Positions 19,801 to 30,763 of a stretch of 53,582 nt of DNA are shown here, piece after piece. Each line of letters begins with the position of its first letter. Position 1 is the first letter of the stretch. A program made the translations under genes and the position numbers. This DNA is from a virus. Its lineage: Duplodnaviria; Caudoviricetes. The stretch covers positions 1 through 53,582 of IMG/VR virus record IMGVR_UViG_3300036770_002010; one strand, written 5' to 3'. Under the pieces are notes generated by a model. It ran no database searches. It had not been told where the DNA came from and worked only from the letters and a program-made list of their open reading frames with translations.

Positions 19801-21408
19801 TTACGATACATAACCTGGAACCCACTCAATACGACCTACCGCACTAGTATCCCAAATATTTAATGAACCACTCATTTCTCTGTAAATACTTAATGTTTTA
19901 CCAAACTTGTAAGCATTAGAACCATCTTTAACAATACCATTCTTAAAGTCAATAGCGTTAGCTACAGAGAAATAGTAGTCAATATTGTCTTCCATTACCA
20001 TACAAATGTTATTACCATTAGAGTTTTCAGCAGCATTTTCAGTTTGTCCAAACTCTAGGATATCAATTTGAAATGATTCTAGTGGTAAGTAAGAACCTGG
20101 TGCTTTCTCTTTGTATAATGTATCATCATCTTTAGATGGGTCATACATAATAGTTACATCAATACCCATTGGTAACTTGATACGAGTAAACTGAAATCCC
20201 CATTCTTTCTCATACTTATGTACTCCAGTAGGTTCAGCATTATCTCTTAAAGCAAATCCTGGCTCTAGTGTCTGGAATACAGATGCTTGTTGTGCAATAA
20301 GTGTTGACAAGTAACTAATAGCTCCAGTACCACCAACTAACATAGGTTTGCGATTCATAAATCCTCTCCTACGATATAGTACTTGATGTAAGAAATCATA
20401 TAAGTTATTTAGTGTAAAGTTACCTCCATGTGGCATATATTGTCCATCACGAACTAACTGTCTCCAGCCTGGTGCAGTTTTCTTTACTCTCTTAGAATCT
20501 TGGTCAGTATCAATTTGTAATCTACCAAATTCACACATCATTTCTCTATCCATCTCAGTACGCTCTAACAATCTTTCTTCAGCTTTAGTAATAAACATAC
20601 CTTTCTGAATAATCTCATTAGTGTTTTTATTCTTCAAACTAGCTTGATAGATATGTCCACGAGAGAATGCGTCACGATACTTTTTACCATCATGGTCATC
20701 ATAAGTTCCAGTATTAGATTTACCAGACTTACTAGCTGATAATTCCATACGAATAAACCTATCTGTAAAAGATACTTCGTTAGCATATTGACCTACAACA
20801 CCACGAAGTTTCATTTGACTTGAGTATTGGTCAGTACCATATTTAGTATTTTCTTCATTAGTTACACGAGTAGATACACGAGTAATTACTTGTCCAGGTT
20901 TTAACCATTCTACAGGAATCCAGCTATTAGGATTACCATCCTGAATCTTAACTTCATATCTAAATGAATGAGTTCCAAGTGGTTCTGGTCCAGATATAAT
21001 CTCCAACAATGGAGCATTATCAGATGCAGTCTTTAATACTACTGGAGCTTTCAACCAATTACGGTCTAATGCAATAGCAAAAGTAGTATTACCTTTTCCA
21101 GGATTAGCATTTTCAGATACTAACAATTCAGTAACACGAAAATCTACATCAGCATCACCAATGACAGACCAAGCATACTCATTACGACCACCAGGAATTA
21201 CACAATAATTACCTTGAGCCATAGTTAAATAGTTCCAACGCTTGTTAGTTAAACCTAAATTAGTTGAACTAGAAAACAAACGTGCAGTCATAACACCAAA
21301 GTCATAAGGTTGGTCATCTCTAAACAATGCACTATGAGATACACTATCGAAGAAGTTACCACCGAATCCTTTGTATTCTGTTACTTTAAGAGCGGTTTTT
21401 CTTTCCAT
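19801..21408 (-). CDS. Major capsid protein (crAss-like)
   Basis: 535 aa after portal and scaffold; N.Y.W, TAPGWRQL, GFQFT..LP.G.DV...DP..DD motifs. Confidence 0.85.
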   Translation of the reverse strand: MERKTALKVTEYKGFGGNFFDSVSHSALFRDDQPYDFGVMTARLFSSSTNLGLTNKRWNYLTMAQGNYCVIPGGRNEYAWSVIGDADVDFRVTELLVSENANPGKGNTTFAIALDRNWLKAPVVLKTASDNAPLLEIISGPEPLGTHSFRYEVKIQDGNPNSWIPVEWLKPGQVITRVSTRVTNEENTKYGTDQYSSQMKLRGVVGQYANEVSFTDRFIRMELSASKSGKSNTGTYDDHDGKKYRDAFSRGHIYQASLKNKNTNEIIQKGMFITKAEERLLERTEMDREMMCEFGRLQIDTDQDSKRVKKTAPGWRQLVRDGQYMPHGGNFTLNNLYDFLHQVLYRRRGFMNRKPMLVGGTGAISYLSTLIAQQASVFQTLEPGFALRDNAEPTGVHKYEKEWGFQFTRIKLPMGIDVTIMYDPSKDDDTLYKEKAPGSYLPLESFQIDILEFGQTENAAENSNGNNICMVMEDNIDYYFSVANAIDFKNGIVKDGSNAYKFGKTLSIYREMSGSLNIWDTSAVGRIEWVPGYVS

Positions 21409-21420
21409 TTTATTATTATT

Positions 21421-22416
21421 TTATATAAGTTCTAATTCTGATAAATCTACTTTAGGATTTCCACCTCTTGATGATTTGTTATTAGCTAGTGATGAGCTAG
21501 ACCAATATTTCTCTACAGTATCTTTAACTCCTTTTACTGAAGGACTAAATGCTGATTTTTTGTATCTATCTAAGTTTATATCTTCACCATCATAATTAGC
21601 TAAGAAGTCTACTAATTTTACTAATGCTTTAGGATTCTCAAACAGATGTTCCATTCTAGTCTTAAAGTTACCACTTGTAAACTCATGAGCAATTACTTGC
21701 TTATGGTCATCTCTCCAATTAGTACTGTTTAATACTTGTCCAAAGTTTTGTACAAATACTTCTTGTTGTTGTTGTTCAACTTGTTCTTGTTGTCTAATTT
21801 GTTCAAGTTGACCATCCATTTCTTGTTGTCTAGCTTGTTCATCTTTTCTAAACTGTCTTATTGATTCTTTAGCTAATTGATTTCTATCTTTTAAGTAATC
21901 AATTCTATCTTCAATTTCTTCATCATCAAGACCTTCAGCTTTTAATGAGTTAGTAAGATAGTTCTCAGCTAAATCATTATCATTCTGTAAATCCTGTTCA
22001 GTAAATGAAGGTGGTTGATATTGCATTAAAAAACTAGCTACCTCTTCAGGAGTTACATCATCCTTGAGTGTAGCATATTCAATAATAGGTTGTAAGAAAG
22101 GTGGAAAGTTTTGTATAGCACTTACTAGTGATACTTGAGCTTGTTTATCTAAAGCTTCTTTTAATGAATCAAATGTACCATCAAACTCATGGTCGATAGT
22201 AATAAAATTATTATCCTTGTAATAATTAAAAGCTGCAACAGCATTTTCATCCGTATCAACATTATCTGATAATTCATCTTCAGAATCATCATCAGGACTA
22301 GCATCCTCATCTTCTTCAGGAATCTCATCATTGACTACTTTATCATCAATAACTTCATCCTCTTGTTCTTCAAAGTCAAAATCTAACTCTGGTAGAAAAT
22401 CATCTCCTATTTCCAT
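21421..22416 (-). CDS. Acidic scaffold-like protein (crAss gene 77-like)
   Basis: Very acidic N-terminus and Gln-rich coiled coil; lies between portal and MCP. Confidence 0.65.
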   Translation of the reverse strand: MEIGDDFLPELDFDFEEQEDEVIDDKVVNDEIPEEDEDASPDDDSEDELSDNVDTDENAVAAFNYYKDNNFITIDHEFDGTFDSLKEALDKQAQVSLVSAIQNFPPFLQPIIEYATLKDDVTPEEVASFLMQYQPPSFTEQDLQNDNDLAENYLTNSLKAEGLDDEEIEDRIDYLKDRNQLAKESIRQFRKDEQARQQEMDGQLEQIRQQEQVEQQQQEVFVQNFGQVLNSTNWRDDHKQVIAHEFTSGNFKTRMEHLFENPKALVKLVDFLANYDGEDINLDRYKKSAFSPSVKGVKDTVEKYWSSSSLANNKSSRGGNPKVDLSELELI

Positions 22417-22419
22417 AAG

Positions 22420-22427
22420 CAAATATA
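22420..22427 (-). promoter_or_regulatory. -7 promoter element (TATATTTG) immediately upstream of the scaffold/MCP genes
   Basis: Matches TAnnTTTG in the short intergenic gap; no well-spaced -33 element. Confidence 0.45.
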
Positions 22428-22448
22428 TTTTATGTTTATCAATTAATT

Positions 22449-24983
22449 TTATTTAGATGACTTAGTATTCTCTTTTTTAGAAATTCTTGCAATTCTTTCT
22501 TTAGTAGCAATATCTTTCTCTTTAATATCTAACTCTCTATCTTTTTGACTTAATCCTCTCATAGCTTTATAAGCCTCAATATGGTCTGGAACTCCATCTT
22601 TATCTTGGTTCAAATCATCAGTAAACTTATAGACATCCATAGCTTTTATTTCAGCATCTAATTGTTTAGTTAAAGTGATTTGTTCTAGCTTATTATTATG
22701 CTCTTGTTGTTTCATTTGTGCTTGAGCTTGTAATTGTTGCTCTTGCATTTGTTGTTGTACTTGTTGTTGCTGCTGCATTCTTTGTTCTTGTTCTCTAGCT
22801 GCTGCTGCAATCATCTTATGTACTTTTTCAGGACTATCACCTCTAGTCATTGCCATAACTAATTCTGATATTCTTTCAGCTCCTTCTCCAGCATTTTGTG
22901 CTAATGGTTGTATCATTTGTGTCATCATTTGACGATACCTTTCATTATAATCACCATCATGAATAAAGATTCCTAAATCTTCATGATTTAATAATTCTGG
23001 TTTTATTCTTATAGTCTTTTTCATTCCATCACTAGTAACATAGTTTAAGAATGTTTCTGTTTTTTCTGGATTGTTTTCAAAGAATCTACGATAGTAATTA
23101 GTAAACTGTGTAACATATTCATTTACTGTTTCTTTTATTACTAATTGATGTAGTCTAAAGTATTCTTCAGCCATAGTATATGACTGTGCTATAGCTTGTT
23201 GATTATCAGATACATTAGAACTTGGAGAATAAATACCTTCAGCTTGTGGTGGTACTAACATTTGCATTCCCATTTCTCTATCTATCAAATCTAACAACTG
23301 TTGCATATTAACTATCTCACCAATAGAACCAGCTTGTTCAGCTGTTACTGCTGTAGTTCTTTGATTGTTTGGTAGTCCTGATGTAGTAGCTGTTGGGTCA
23401 TAGTAACTATCTCCTAGTGTACGTCTTAAGTATCTCCATACTTTTAGTTTATCAGCACCTTCGTATAATGGATTACCATTTTCATCCATAGCTAGATAAT
23501 CAGGAATCTGACTAGCATCAATATTCTTTATATAACCTTCGTATTTAGCTAACTCTCTATTCTGTAAGTCTTTAACAAATGTATATTGTAATAGTGATGG
23601 TAATGCTCTTTCTACTAATGATATTGATTCAGCATTTAATCCTGAAAATATTCTACCTTTACAAGATAACTCAAAATCATAAGGATTATCAATAGATAAC
23701 GGTTGATTAGGAACTTCTCTCATATCAGTAAATATATCATAACCATATCTAGTTATCTCATATCTTCTAGGTATATACATCTTTTCAGCATATACTACAT
23801 TACCAAATTCATCTATCCATTCATATCTTTTAGCTTTTTGATTATATCTATTGATAATAAATGTAGTAGCTGCATCTTCAGGAATAGGATATTTACTATC
23901 TACAACTTCAGTAACTACTTCATTGTATTCATTAAACATAGTAAGAAATATAACTTCTCTATAAGCCTTAAACTCTAAATAAGTTTTCCATATTAATTGA
24001 TTAGCTCTATATCTTCTATCTCCAGATGTTCCTGTTGATTGTCCTATGTATCTATTGTCATGAAACCTAGATTCCATTCCTTCTTCTACACTAAGATAAT
24101 TATATTGAGATTTAGCTTTACCTCCAGTAACATCCCAAGAGCTATTAGGAGTTAAATAATTAGATGAAGTATAACCTCGTAGTCTTTCAAGTACATCATC
24201 TTCTACTTTACCTTCTAATTCATCAATAGCTTCTGTAACTGTAATTGGCGTTCTATACCACCAATAATCTCCTTTCTCTATTCTTTCTTCATTACTATTC
24301 TTATGAAAACCACAATGGAGTGTATTTAATACCATTGGATGTGGTTGTCCATTCTTTTCTATAACTACCATAAAACATCTATCTACTGCAAGTACATGTT
24401 TAAATGATAATGACTTTAATGACTTAATATCAAACTTTACTTTAAAGTATTCTACAACATCATTATAGAATATTTCCATTTCACTCTTAAAATTCTTTAC
24501 ATCTATATCTTCAGGTTTAGGCATAGTACGCATAGATTCTTCAATCTGTTCTGCATTAGCACCTCCAGCTTCCAGTTGTGCTTGAAATATCATTAACTCT
24601 TGATTGATTGCTGCTTCTAATACTTTCTTGAGTTCTTCATCTTTTGCAGCATTATCTCTATCAGATAATAATAATACATCAAAGTTATCACCTCTTTTAA
24701 GCATTTGCCCAACGAGATACATAAACTTAGGATATAATCTATTATAGATAACTATCTCTCTATCTTGTTCAAATGGCAACTTGAACATATCTCCTTCAGG
24801 ATTACATAACTCATATAATTGTCTGAACAATACACTACCATCATTATTAAGAATAGCATAGATAAGTCTATACTTCTCATAAGATTCCATATTGGTATTA
24901 TTAAAAGGTACGATAGTATTCATTACGCTTTTATACCAATCTTCTGATTTATTTTTTTCTCTTAAGTTGAATACCGCTTCCAT
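22449..24983 (-). CDS. Portal protein
   Basis: 844 aa after TerL; N.I.SLVER, Gln-rich C-terminal coiled coil, D.N.DGVPD motif as in crAss portals. Confidence 0.85.
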   Translation of the reverse strand: MEAVFNLREKNKSEDWYKSVMNTIVPFNNTNMESYEKYRLIYAILNNDGSVLFRQLYELCNPEGDMFKLPFEQDREIVIYNRLYPKFMYLVGQMLKRGDNFDVLLLSDRDNAAKDEELKKVLEAAINQELMIFQAQLEAGGANAEQIEESMRTMPKPEDIDVKNFKSEMEIFYNDVVEYFKVKFDIKSLKSLSFKHVLAVDRCFMVVIEKNGQPHPMVLNTLHCGFHKNSNEERIEKGDYWWYRTPITVTEAIDELEGKVEDDVLERLRGYTSSNYLTPNSSWDVTGGKAKSQYNYLSVEEGMESRFHDNRYIGQSTGTSGDRRYRANQLIWKTYLEFKAYREVIFLTMFNEYNEVVTEVVDSKYPIPEDAATTFIINRYNQKAKRYEWIDEFGNVVYAEKMYIPRRYEITRYGYDIFTDMREVPNQPLSIDNPYDFELSCKGRIFSGLNAESISLVERALPSLLQYTFVKDLQNRELAKYEGYIKNIDASQIPDYLAMDENGNPLYEGADKLKVWRYLRRTLGDSYYDPTATTSGLPNNQRTTAVTAEQAGSIGEIVNMQQLLDLIDREMGMQMLVPPQAEGIYSPSSNVSDNQQAIAQSYTMAEEYFRLHQLVIKETVNEYVTQFTNYYRRFFENNPEKTETFLNYVTSDGMKKTIRIKPELLNHEDLGIFIHDGDYNERYRQMMTQMIQPLAQNAGEGAERISELVMAMTRGDSPEKVHKMIAAAAREQEQRMQQQQQVQQQMQEQQLQAQAQMKQQEHNNKLEQITLTKQLDAEIKAMDVYKFTDDLNQDKDGVPDHIEAYKAMRGLSQKDRELDIKEKDIATKERIARISKKENTKSSK

Positions 24984-27283
24984 CTATTATTTATATGATT
25001 ACGTATTGTCTGCAATGCTACAGTTTTCGATTTATTCATCATTCTATGATTCTGTTCACCGATAGCTAATGTTATTCCTAACAACGCTGAAACACCATCA
25101 AAGTTTCCCTTTAGTGTATAACTCTTTATTTGCCTAACGGTAAATATACATGGTATTCTTTCTAAGTTAGAATACTCTATCCCATTAATTTCTTTTTTTT
25201 CTAAAAGCCAATCTCTTAAAGCATCTATTAATGATATCTTTGCTAGACTATTTCCTACTATATATCCAGTTTGACTTACAGTTCTTGAATAGATAAATTG
25301 ACCTTGTTCAAATTGTGGTCTAAGACATAATAAATCAGCTTTCTTTTTCTTTAGAAAATAAGCTCTAAGTCTATCTCCTCTATTAGCTTCATACCATAAG
25401 TTTCTAACTGGATTACCATATAATGCTATTCCCATCTCTAGTATCTCATTATATCTATCTATACCATCTAAGTTTTTACCTATGTATGTAGCTGCTATAT
25501 CATTTCCTGGAAGTCCATATACTTCATACTTAGGATTAACAATATAATATGCAGCACCTAATGAACCACCTTTATCCATCTCATCTGATATATATGGGTC
25601 GTGTAGTACAATAATAGCATCATTAGGAATAACACCATTTATCTTTAATTTATCAGGACTTATATACATCATAAATTCACCACCTAATTCATCTCCAGCT
25701 TTAATTGGAAAGTCATAAATTGGTTTACCATTTGTTTTAATCTGATAATTAACTCCATATTGTGCAGCACTATCCCAATATAATTCTATAGCTGAACCTA
25801 ATGTTTGATAAACATTATCATGTATTAATGCTCTTTCTCTTTCTTCAGCTTCTTTTATAGGCATTAATGAACCACCTTCTGATAACCACATATCTGTGAT
25901 TTTTAATGGATAGTTCATTCTTTGTCTTATTAATACTTTAGGGTCTGTAGATTTAGATGCTTTCTTTTCTTCTTGTTGATAGAATGCTATAGCTTTAGGT
26001 ATATCTGTATTACCATTTATATCTTTAAATCTCTTATCTGTAATGTATGCTGGTAAAAATAAACATTGGTCTTGTTCTCCATATCTAAACTTTAAGCAAT
26101 TATAATCTTCAGGATGTGTGAATATCTTCATAGCATCATGTAGAGTTTCTATATTACCTGAAGTTCCAATTCCCCATTGTACACCAAACTGTTCACCATC
26201 TGTTTTAACTACTGCTGTATTTGATAACCATGCTTCTATGAATAATTCCATTAATCCTATCTCCTCATATACTATAAGATTTCTTCTACCACCAGCTCCT
26301 GATTGTCCACCATCTCTTTTATTAGTAGAATATACATTATGATATAGTGTAGAACCAGTTCCTATTTCTTTCCATTCATTCTTAATCTTTACTGGAGTAG
26401 TATTACGCCACGGATTATCTTTGTTATTAGCACTAATATGTCCAGTCATTCTTTTCCAAAATGGACATGGTTCATATTCATCATCTCCAGGTTTACCCCA
26501 TACTCCAAACTCATGATTTAATGCTAACTCATCTAATGATGCTTCTATCTTTTCAGCTAGTTCACTAGACTTATCTTTTCTTCCTGAACCTAAATCTATT
26601 TCAGCTTTTAATTCCCTTCTAGTATCTCCAGGTTTATAATACTTTTCTCCATCGAATATTAATTCAAATAGAATACACATTAGTGCAGCAGTATATGATT
26701 TACCACCACCTCGAGAACCAAGTATAACAAAGTTCTTAGCATCATTATAATATAATGGTCTGCCTAATGGTTTATCGTGTAATTGAAATAGATAATCTCT
26801 AGGATGTATGAATTCTTTTAATAATCCTTTCTTATTAAATAGTGTAATCTTTTCTTCTAATACTATATGATAAGCATCAGGATTTAATACTTTAAAATTA
26901 CAAGTATATTCATCATCATCTTCAAATCCTGAAAACCCTTGTGCTTCAAGATAATAGTAAGCAATATGCCATTCTATATCTCTAATACTAGGTTTAAGTT
27001 TTAATCTAGCTTTTGTTTTCTTATCAGTTTCTACAATAGTACAGTAGTTACCATAGAATCCTAATCTTCCAGGCACATATCTATATTGACCAAACTGTGG
27101 ATACCAAATGCCTTCTATACATTTAGACCTAATAGTTTGCCAAAATAGATTATAACGAGGGTCATCAGGATGATATCTTTCAGGTTTAAATTGATTGAGT
27201 ATTCCTTCTAAGTCCTCTATTCTAATCCATTGGAAATCCCACTCACTATTGCAAGTAGTTACTTTAGCTACTACTTCTGACAT
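24962..27283 (-). CDS. terL: Terminase large subunit
   Basis: Walker A-like SRGGGKS, Walker B IVYEE, GTSG coupling motif, nuclease HDPY, YEAN, GNFD. Confidence 0.92.
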   Translation of the reverse strand: MSEVVAKVTTCNSEWDFQWIRIEDLEGILNQFKPERYHPDDPRYNLFWQTIRSKCIEGIWYPQFGQYRYVPGRLGFYGNYCTIVETDKKTKARLKLKPSIRDIEWHIAYYYLEAQGFSGFEDDDEYTCNFKVLNPDAYHIVLEEKITLFNKKGLLKEFIHPRDYLFQLHDKPLGRPLYYNDAKNFVILGSRGGGKSYTAALMCILFELIFDGEKYYKPGDTRRELKAEIDLGSGRKDKSSELAEKIEASLDELALNHEFGVWGKPGDDEYEPCPFWKRMTGHISANNKDNPWRNTTPVKIKNEWKEIGTGSTLYHNVYSTNKRDGGQSGAGGRRNLIVYEEIGLMELFIEAWLSNTAVVKTDGEQFGVQWGIGTSGNIETLHDAMKIFTHPEDYNCLKFRYGEQDQCLFLPAYITDKRFKDINGNTDIPKAIAFYQQEEKKASKSTDPKVLIRQRMNYPLKITDMWLSEGGSLMPIKEAEERERALIHDNVYQTLGSAIELYWDSAAQYGVNYQIKTNGKPIYDFPIKAGDELGGEFMMYISPDKLKINGVIPNDAIIVLHDPYISDEMDKGGSLGAAYYIVNPKYEVYGLPGNDIAATYIGKNLDGIDRYNEILEMGIALYGNPVRNLWYEANRGDRLRAYFLKKKKADLLCLRPQFEQGQFIYSRTVSQTGYIVGNSLAKISLIDALRDWLLEKKEINGIEYSNLERIPCIFTVRQIKSYTLKGNFDGVSALLGITLAIGEQNHRMMNKSKTVALQTIRNHINNRWKRYST

Positions 27284-27806
27284 ATTCTTTAAATGTTATC
27301 CATGACCAATCAAAGTATTGCATTTCAACGTAATTAGGTTGATACATAATTGGACAATCTTTAGCTGTTATATCATAGTGTCTATATACATTATCTATAG
27401 TCAACTTGTGTCTTGCTAATAATACATTAATAAGATATTTAGTATTCTTTAGTGTAGCTGCATAATTACTATTTGTATTAACACACATTTCTATACCAAT
27501 AAAATAGTTATTAGCACTATCTCCAGCTGGAACTAATTGTCTTCTAATAGGTAGATTAGCACGTCTAGGTTTGTCACCTACATGCCATGCTACTTCATTA
27601 TCAGGAATCATTTGTATAATATTCTTATCATCTACTACATAATGACAACTAGCTTGTACTGTAGTATGTCCGAAGTATTTTAAATGTGATTCTGCTCCAG
27701 CTGTAGGTTTTACATTAGCAGTCCAATGTACTATAATACCTTTCAACTCTTTTAACTTTCTTCCTGGTCTATTATTATTTACCAGTTTAACTTGTATCTC
27801 TACCAT
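27264..27806 (-). CDS. N-acetylmuramoyl-L-alanine amidase (Amidase_2 endolysin)
   Basis: IIVHWTA, SCHYVVD, AWHVG, IGIEMC, RHYD..K.CP motifs. Confidence 0.92.
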   Translation of the reverse strand: MVEIQVKLVNNNRPGRKLKELKGIIVHWTANVKPTAGAESHLKYFGHTTVQASCHYVVDDKNIIQMIPDNEVAWHVGDKPRRANLPIRRQLVPAGDSANNYFIGIEMCVNTNSNYAATLKNTKYLINVLLARHKLTIDNVYRHYDITAKDCPIMYQPNYVEMQYFDWSWITFKEYVRSSS

Positions 27807-28387
27807 AAGTCTCCTTTTTCAGATTTAGTTAGTTTAGAACCACCTTTAGCTCTTGCTGATTGTTTATCTTTAATAAACTCTTCTTCTATCTTTTGATACT
27901 TTTGATATATAGATAGAGAATCTTTCTGTAACATATTTATCTGTGTTGCAGTACCTTTTATTACTATAGTCTTATCTCCAAGAAACTCTGTAGTATCTAA
28001 AGTTAATTCAGTATCAGCTATTAGTTTAGCTCTTTTTCTTAATTGATTCTTTTCTTCTGCATAAGCTCTTTGTACAGCAGTCATACATTCTAATGGATAA
28101 GCCTCTAAGCATTTAACAAAGTCTGGATTATCCCAATCTAAGTCTTTAACAAAAGTTTCTGATAACATTTTCTTTCGTTCTTCAAATGCCATTCTATAGA
28201 ATATATTATCATGTTCATCAGGGTCACACATAAAAAATACAGTCCACATTTGTCGTGATGAGAAATCTTTATCTTTAGACTTATCTTTATCATACAACAA
28301 ATGAAATGGATAATATATCTTAAACTGTGGATTTACTTCCCAGAAGTTAGTAGCTTGGTCTAGTATTCTATAGTTTATCTTAATCAT
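27800..28387 (-). CDS. Conserved hypothetical protein, possible terminase small subunit
   Basis: Helical, basic C-terminus RAKGG...SE; two genes upstream of TerL. Confidence 0.4.
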   Translation of the reverse strand: MIKINYRILDQATNFWEVNPQFKIYYPFHLLYDKDKSKDKDFSSRQMWTVFFMCDPDEHDNIFYRMAFEERKKMLSETFVKDLDWDNPDFVKCLEAYPLECMTAVQRAYAEEKNQLRKRAKLIADTELTLDTTEFLGDKTIVIKGTATQINMLQKDSLSIYQKYQKIEEEFIKDKQSARAKGGSKLTKSEKGDLW

Positions 28388-28644
28388 CTTGTTACTCTTG
28401 CTTTAACAATATATTCCTTAGTATTAATCTTTAATAGTACGAATCTATCAAAGAAATTATCATCAGGATTCTTTACTTTACCAACACTCATATTTAGTGT
28501 TACAGTATTATCTTTAAAACTAGTTGATAAACATCCACAAGATACTTCTGTATGTTCTACTGGTTCATCAACAGTTATAGTTGTTGTGGCTACACTATTC
28601 TCTTTGTGTTCACCTAAATTAATCTCCAACATATATTTCATCAA
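28384..28644 (-). CDS. Small SCGC-motif Ig-like protein (DUF1573-like)
   Basis: VSCGC motif within a beta-strand pattern. Confidence 0.55.
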   Translation of the reverse strand: MMKYMLEINLGEHKENSVATTTITVDEPVEHTEVSCGCLSTSFKDNTVTLNMSVGKVKNPDDNFFDRFVLLKINTKEYIVKARVTR

Positions 28645-28990
28645 GTTTTAGTCTGAATAAACAACGTTTTACACTCGCAGATATTTCACTCATTACATTC
28701 TTAATAGCTTCATCTTTCTCTGTAGCTATAGCTGATTTAAGCATATTATTTAAACCTCTGAAATAAGTAATTACATCATCTGATGGAGGAATATCTAAAG
28801 ACTTAGGTTGTACAATATTAAACGTATCCATCATGTATATTTCTACTAGCGTATCTACTAGAGGTTCTATTTCACTATAATAAGACGATAGTGCTTCATG
28901 AGTTCCTATTCTTCTAATAGTCCAATGTTTATACTTAGCGTATATTAAACTCTGTACTATTGTTGCTACTATTTTACTAAAATTTTCCAT
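28619..28990 (-). CDS. Ferritin/Dps-like four-helix protein
   Basis: HW.....HEAL..YY......VD.LVE pattern. Confidence 0.65.
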   Translation of the reverse strand: MENFSKIVATIVQSLIYAKYKHWTIRRIGTHEALSSYYSEIEPLVDTLVEIYMMDTFNIVQPKSLDIPPSDDVITYFRGLNNMLKSAIATEKDEAIKNVMSEISASVKRCLFRLKLDEIYVGD

Positions 28991-29210
28991 TAGGACATTT
29001 TTTATTAGTTAATACCATTTCATCAAAATCACAACCACATACTAAACAGTAACCCTTTTCAAAGCATGGTTTACACCTTCTAGCTTTTTCTAATGGGTGC
29101 ATTTCAGTCATCAACCAAAGAGAGAGTTTGGCTTTCACAATGAAAACCAAACCCTTGAATAAATCTTTAGGATGCCTTATCAGATACTTTCTCACTAAAC
29201 TTAATTTCAA
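28977..29210 (-). CDS. Small Cys-rich protein
   Basis: CKPC...G.C.VCGC...CP.GKF. Confidence 0.6.
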   Translation of the reverse strand: MKLSLVRKYLIRHPKDLFKGLVFIVKAKLSLWLMTEMHPLEKARRCKPCFEKGYCLVCGCDFDEMVLTNKKCPNGKF

Positions 29211-29463
29211 GACCGATAGTTTTTAATACCATTTTAAGAATCATTCCAAACATTCCTGAAGGTAAACCAATTTGTAATTCTTTACCTTCACACTCTACAA
29301 AACTTTCATCTGCTTTGTTATAAACAAACTGAATAAGTTTTATAGCAGTACTGTAATTAAGTACAATCTTACCATCGGTAGTAATGTACTTGTCTCCAAG
29401 TTCAGTCATGAATTCACCCACGTTAACGGTGTGACATCCAGCTTTAGCAACAAATTTAGGCAT
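29167..29463 (-). CDS. Hypothetical protein
   Basis: ORF coupled to neighbours. Confidence 0.5.
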   Translation of the reverse strand: MPKFVAKAGCHTVNVGEFMTELGDKYITTDGKIVLNYSTAIKLIQFVYNKADESFVECEGKELQIGLPSGMFGMILKMVLKTIGLEIKFSEKVSDKAS

Positions 29464-29465
29464 AA

Positions 29466-30107
29466 CTATGATTTTTTAATGATTAAAGTAACATCGTTGA
29501 TTGGGTCTACAGCTAAATAGCCAAAGTGTTTATTACTAATATCTGTTGGTGCTTCAAAATCATACCAATCAGATAGAGTAAATCCATGAGCTAAATGAGC
29601 TGGAGTATCTACTGAAGGTTTTTCAGCTAATACACATCTTCTATTTATCTCTACTATATCTCCAGCTTTAATATGTGTAACGTGTTCAGGAACTGCTACT
29701 ACTACACACTTTCTTGAAAATGCCCACGGTGAATCTATGGTTTGTCTAATACCAATACCATTCTGTGTCATTTCCTTCATTGGAATCTTTGGAGCAATAA
29801 TTAATCCTGATTTAGTTCTAGTTGCTTCGATATGATAAGCTCTTACTACAGCAATATGTACTGGAGTGATACTCTTATAATCTTCATCTAGTGTAGTAAT
29901 ATTACTATTATAATCCTTAATGAGTTGCTCTGTTTTATCCCAATGGTCAGTAACTCTTGCTAAATCAAAATTCTCTTTACCAATTTCTGATGATTCACCA
30001 CCTACTCCAGTAAATAGAATCTTTCTATTAGGGTCTGGAAAATTAGCAGCTGCAAATTCAGCTACATTGACACTCATTGCAGGTCTGTCATTCCTCTTCT
30101 TTGTCAT
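29466..30107 (-). CDS. GroES-like co-chaperonin-domain protein
   Basis: TKSGLII, VVVAV, IKAGDIV motifs. Confidence 0.65.
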   Translation of the reverse strand: MTKKRNDRPAMSVNVAEFAAANFPDPNRKILFTGVGGESSEIGKENFDLARVTDHWDKTEQLIKDYNSNITTLDEDYKSITPVHIAVVRAYHIEATRTKSGLIIAPKIPMKEMTQNGIGIRQTIDSPWAFSRKCVVVAVPEHVTHIKAGDIVEINRRCVLAEKPSVDTPAHLAHGFTLSDWYDFEAPTDISNKHFGYLAVDPINDVTLIIKKS

Positions 30108-30381
30108 AATACTTTTTTATAATGTTATTAATATATTCTAATTCTTTACTTTCTGGTCTGTGTATCTCTAACTTTTTACGTTTAGCTAATAGTTTCCTAT
30201 CTTTTAAGTTAAACTTACCAAGCCATTCTAGTAGTACATATTTAGTATTCTCTAGTGGATTTCGTAGTATATGTTTCAGCTTTAGTTCAAAGTCTTGAAT
30301 AACAAACTTTACTACAGCTTTACTTTTACCACAATCATTAGCTACCATTGAATATATATCACTTTTACTACTTGGAAGCAT
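30088..30381 (-). CDS. IHF/HU-like DNA-binding protein
   Basis: Basic; VA....SKAVV..VI....L.WLGKF pattern. Confidence 0.55.
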   Translation of the reverse strand: MLPSSKSDIYSMVANDCGKSKAVVKFVIQDFELKLKHILRNPLENTKYVLLEWLGKFNLKDRKLLAKRKKLEIHRPESKELEYINNIIKKYYDKEEE

Positions 30382-30763
30382 AGTTATTTATATGGAATGA
30401 AAATACAAATTGTACATCTTCTTGATTAGTTACAAAGGTATGAAACTTTATTAACTTATCACTTAAAAACCCATAACTATCTACTAAGTTTAATGACATC
30501 AATTCTTTCTTGACTTGAGTAAGTCTTGGTGCTTTCATTCTTAAGTCTTGCATAATATCTACAGAGTAAGGTTTAGCAAAGTAATTTCTAGTAGGGTCTT
30601 GAGCCATTATATAAGATATAGTTTCTAATGCTCTATCTCCAAACTTGAAATTCTTTCTAAGACTAAGTAACTTAAAATAAGTTTCCCAAAAATTCATTTT
30701 AGTTACTCCTTGTGTTGATAATGCTTCTTTTCCAACTTTTCCAGTTAGCAAATTTACTTCCAT
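30368..30763 (-). CDS. Hypothetical protein, possible winged helix-turn-helix
   Basis: 131-aa ORF coupled to neighbours. Confidence 0.45.
   Translation of the reverse strand: MEVNLLTGKVGKEALSTQGVTKMNFWETYFKLLSLRKNFKFGDRALETISYIMAQDPTRNYFAKPYSVDIMQDLRMKAPRLTQVKKELMSLNLVDSYGFLSDKLIKFHTFVTNQEDVQFVFSFHINNYASK

Noticed and set aside
22700-22800. Gln-codon repeat in the portal gene as a contingency locus
   Set aside because: Mixed CAA/CAG codons in a coiled-coil tail, ordinary for portals of this type
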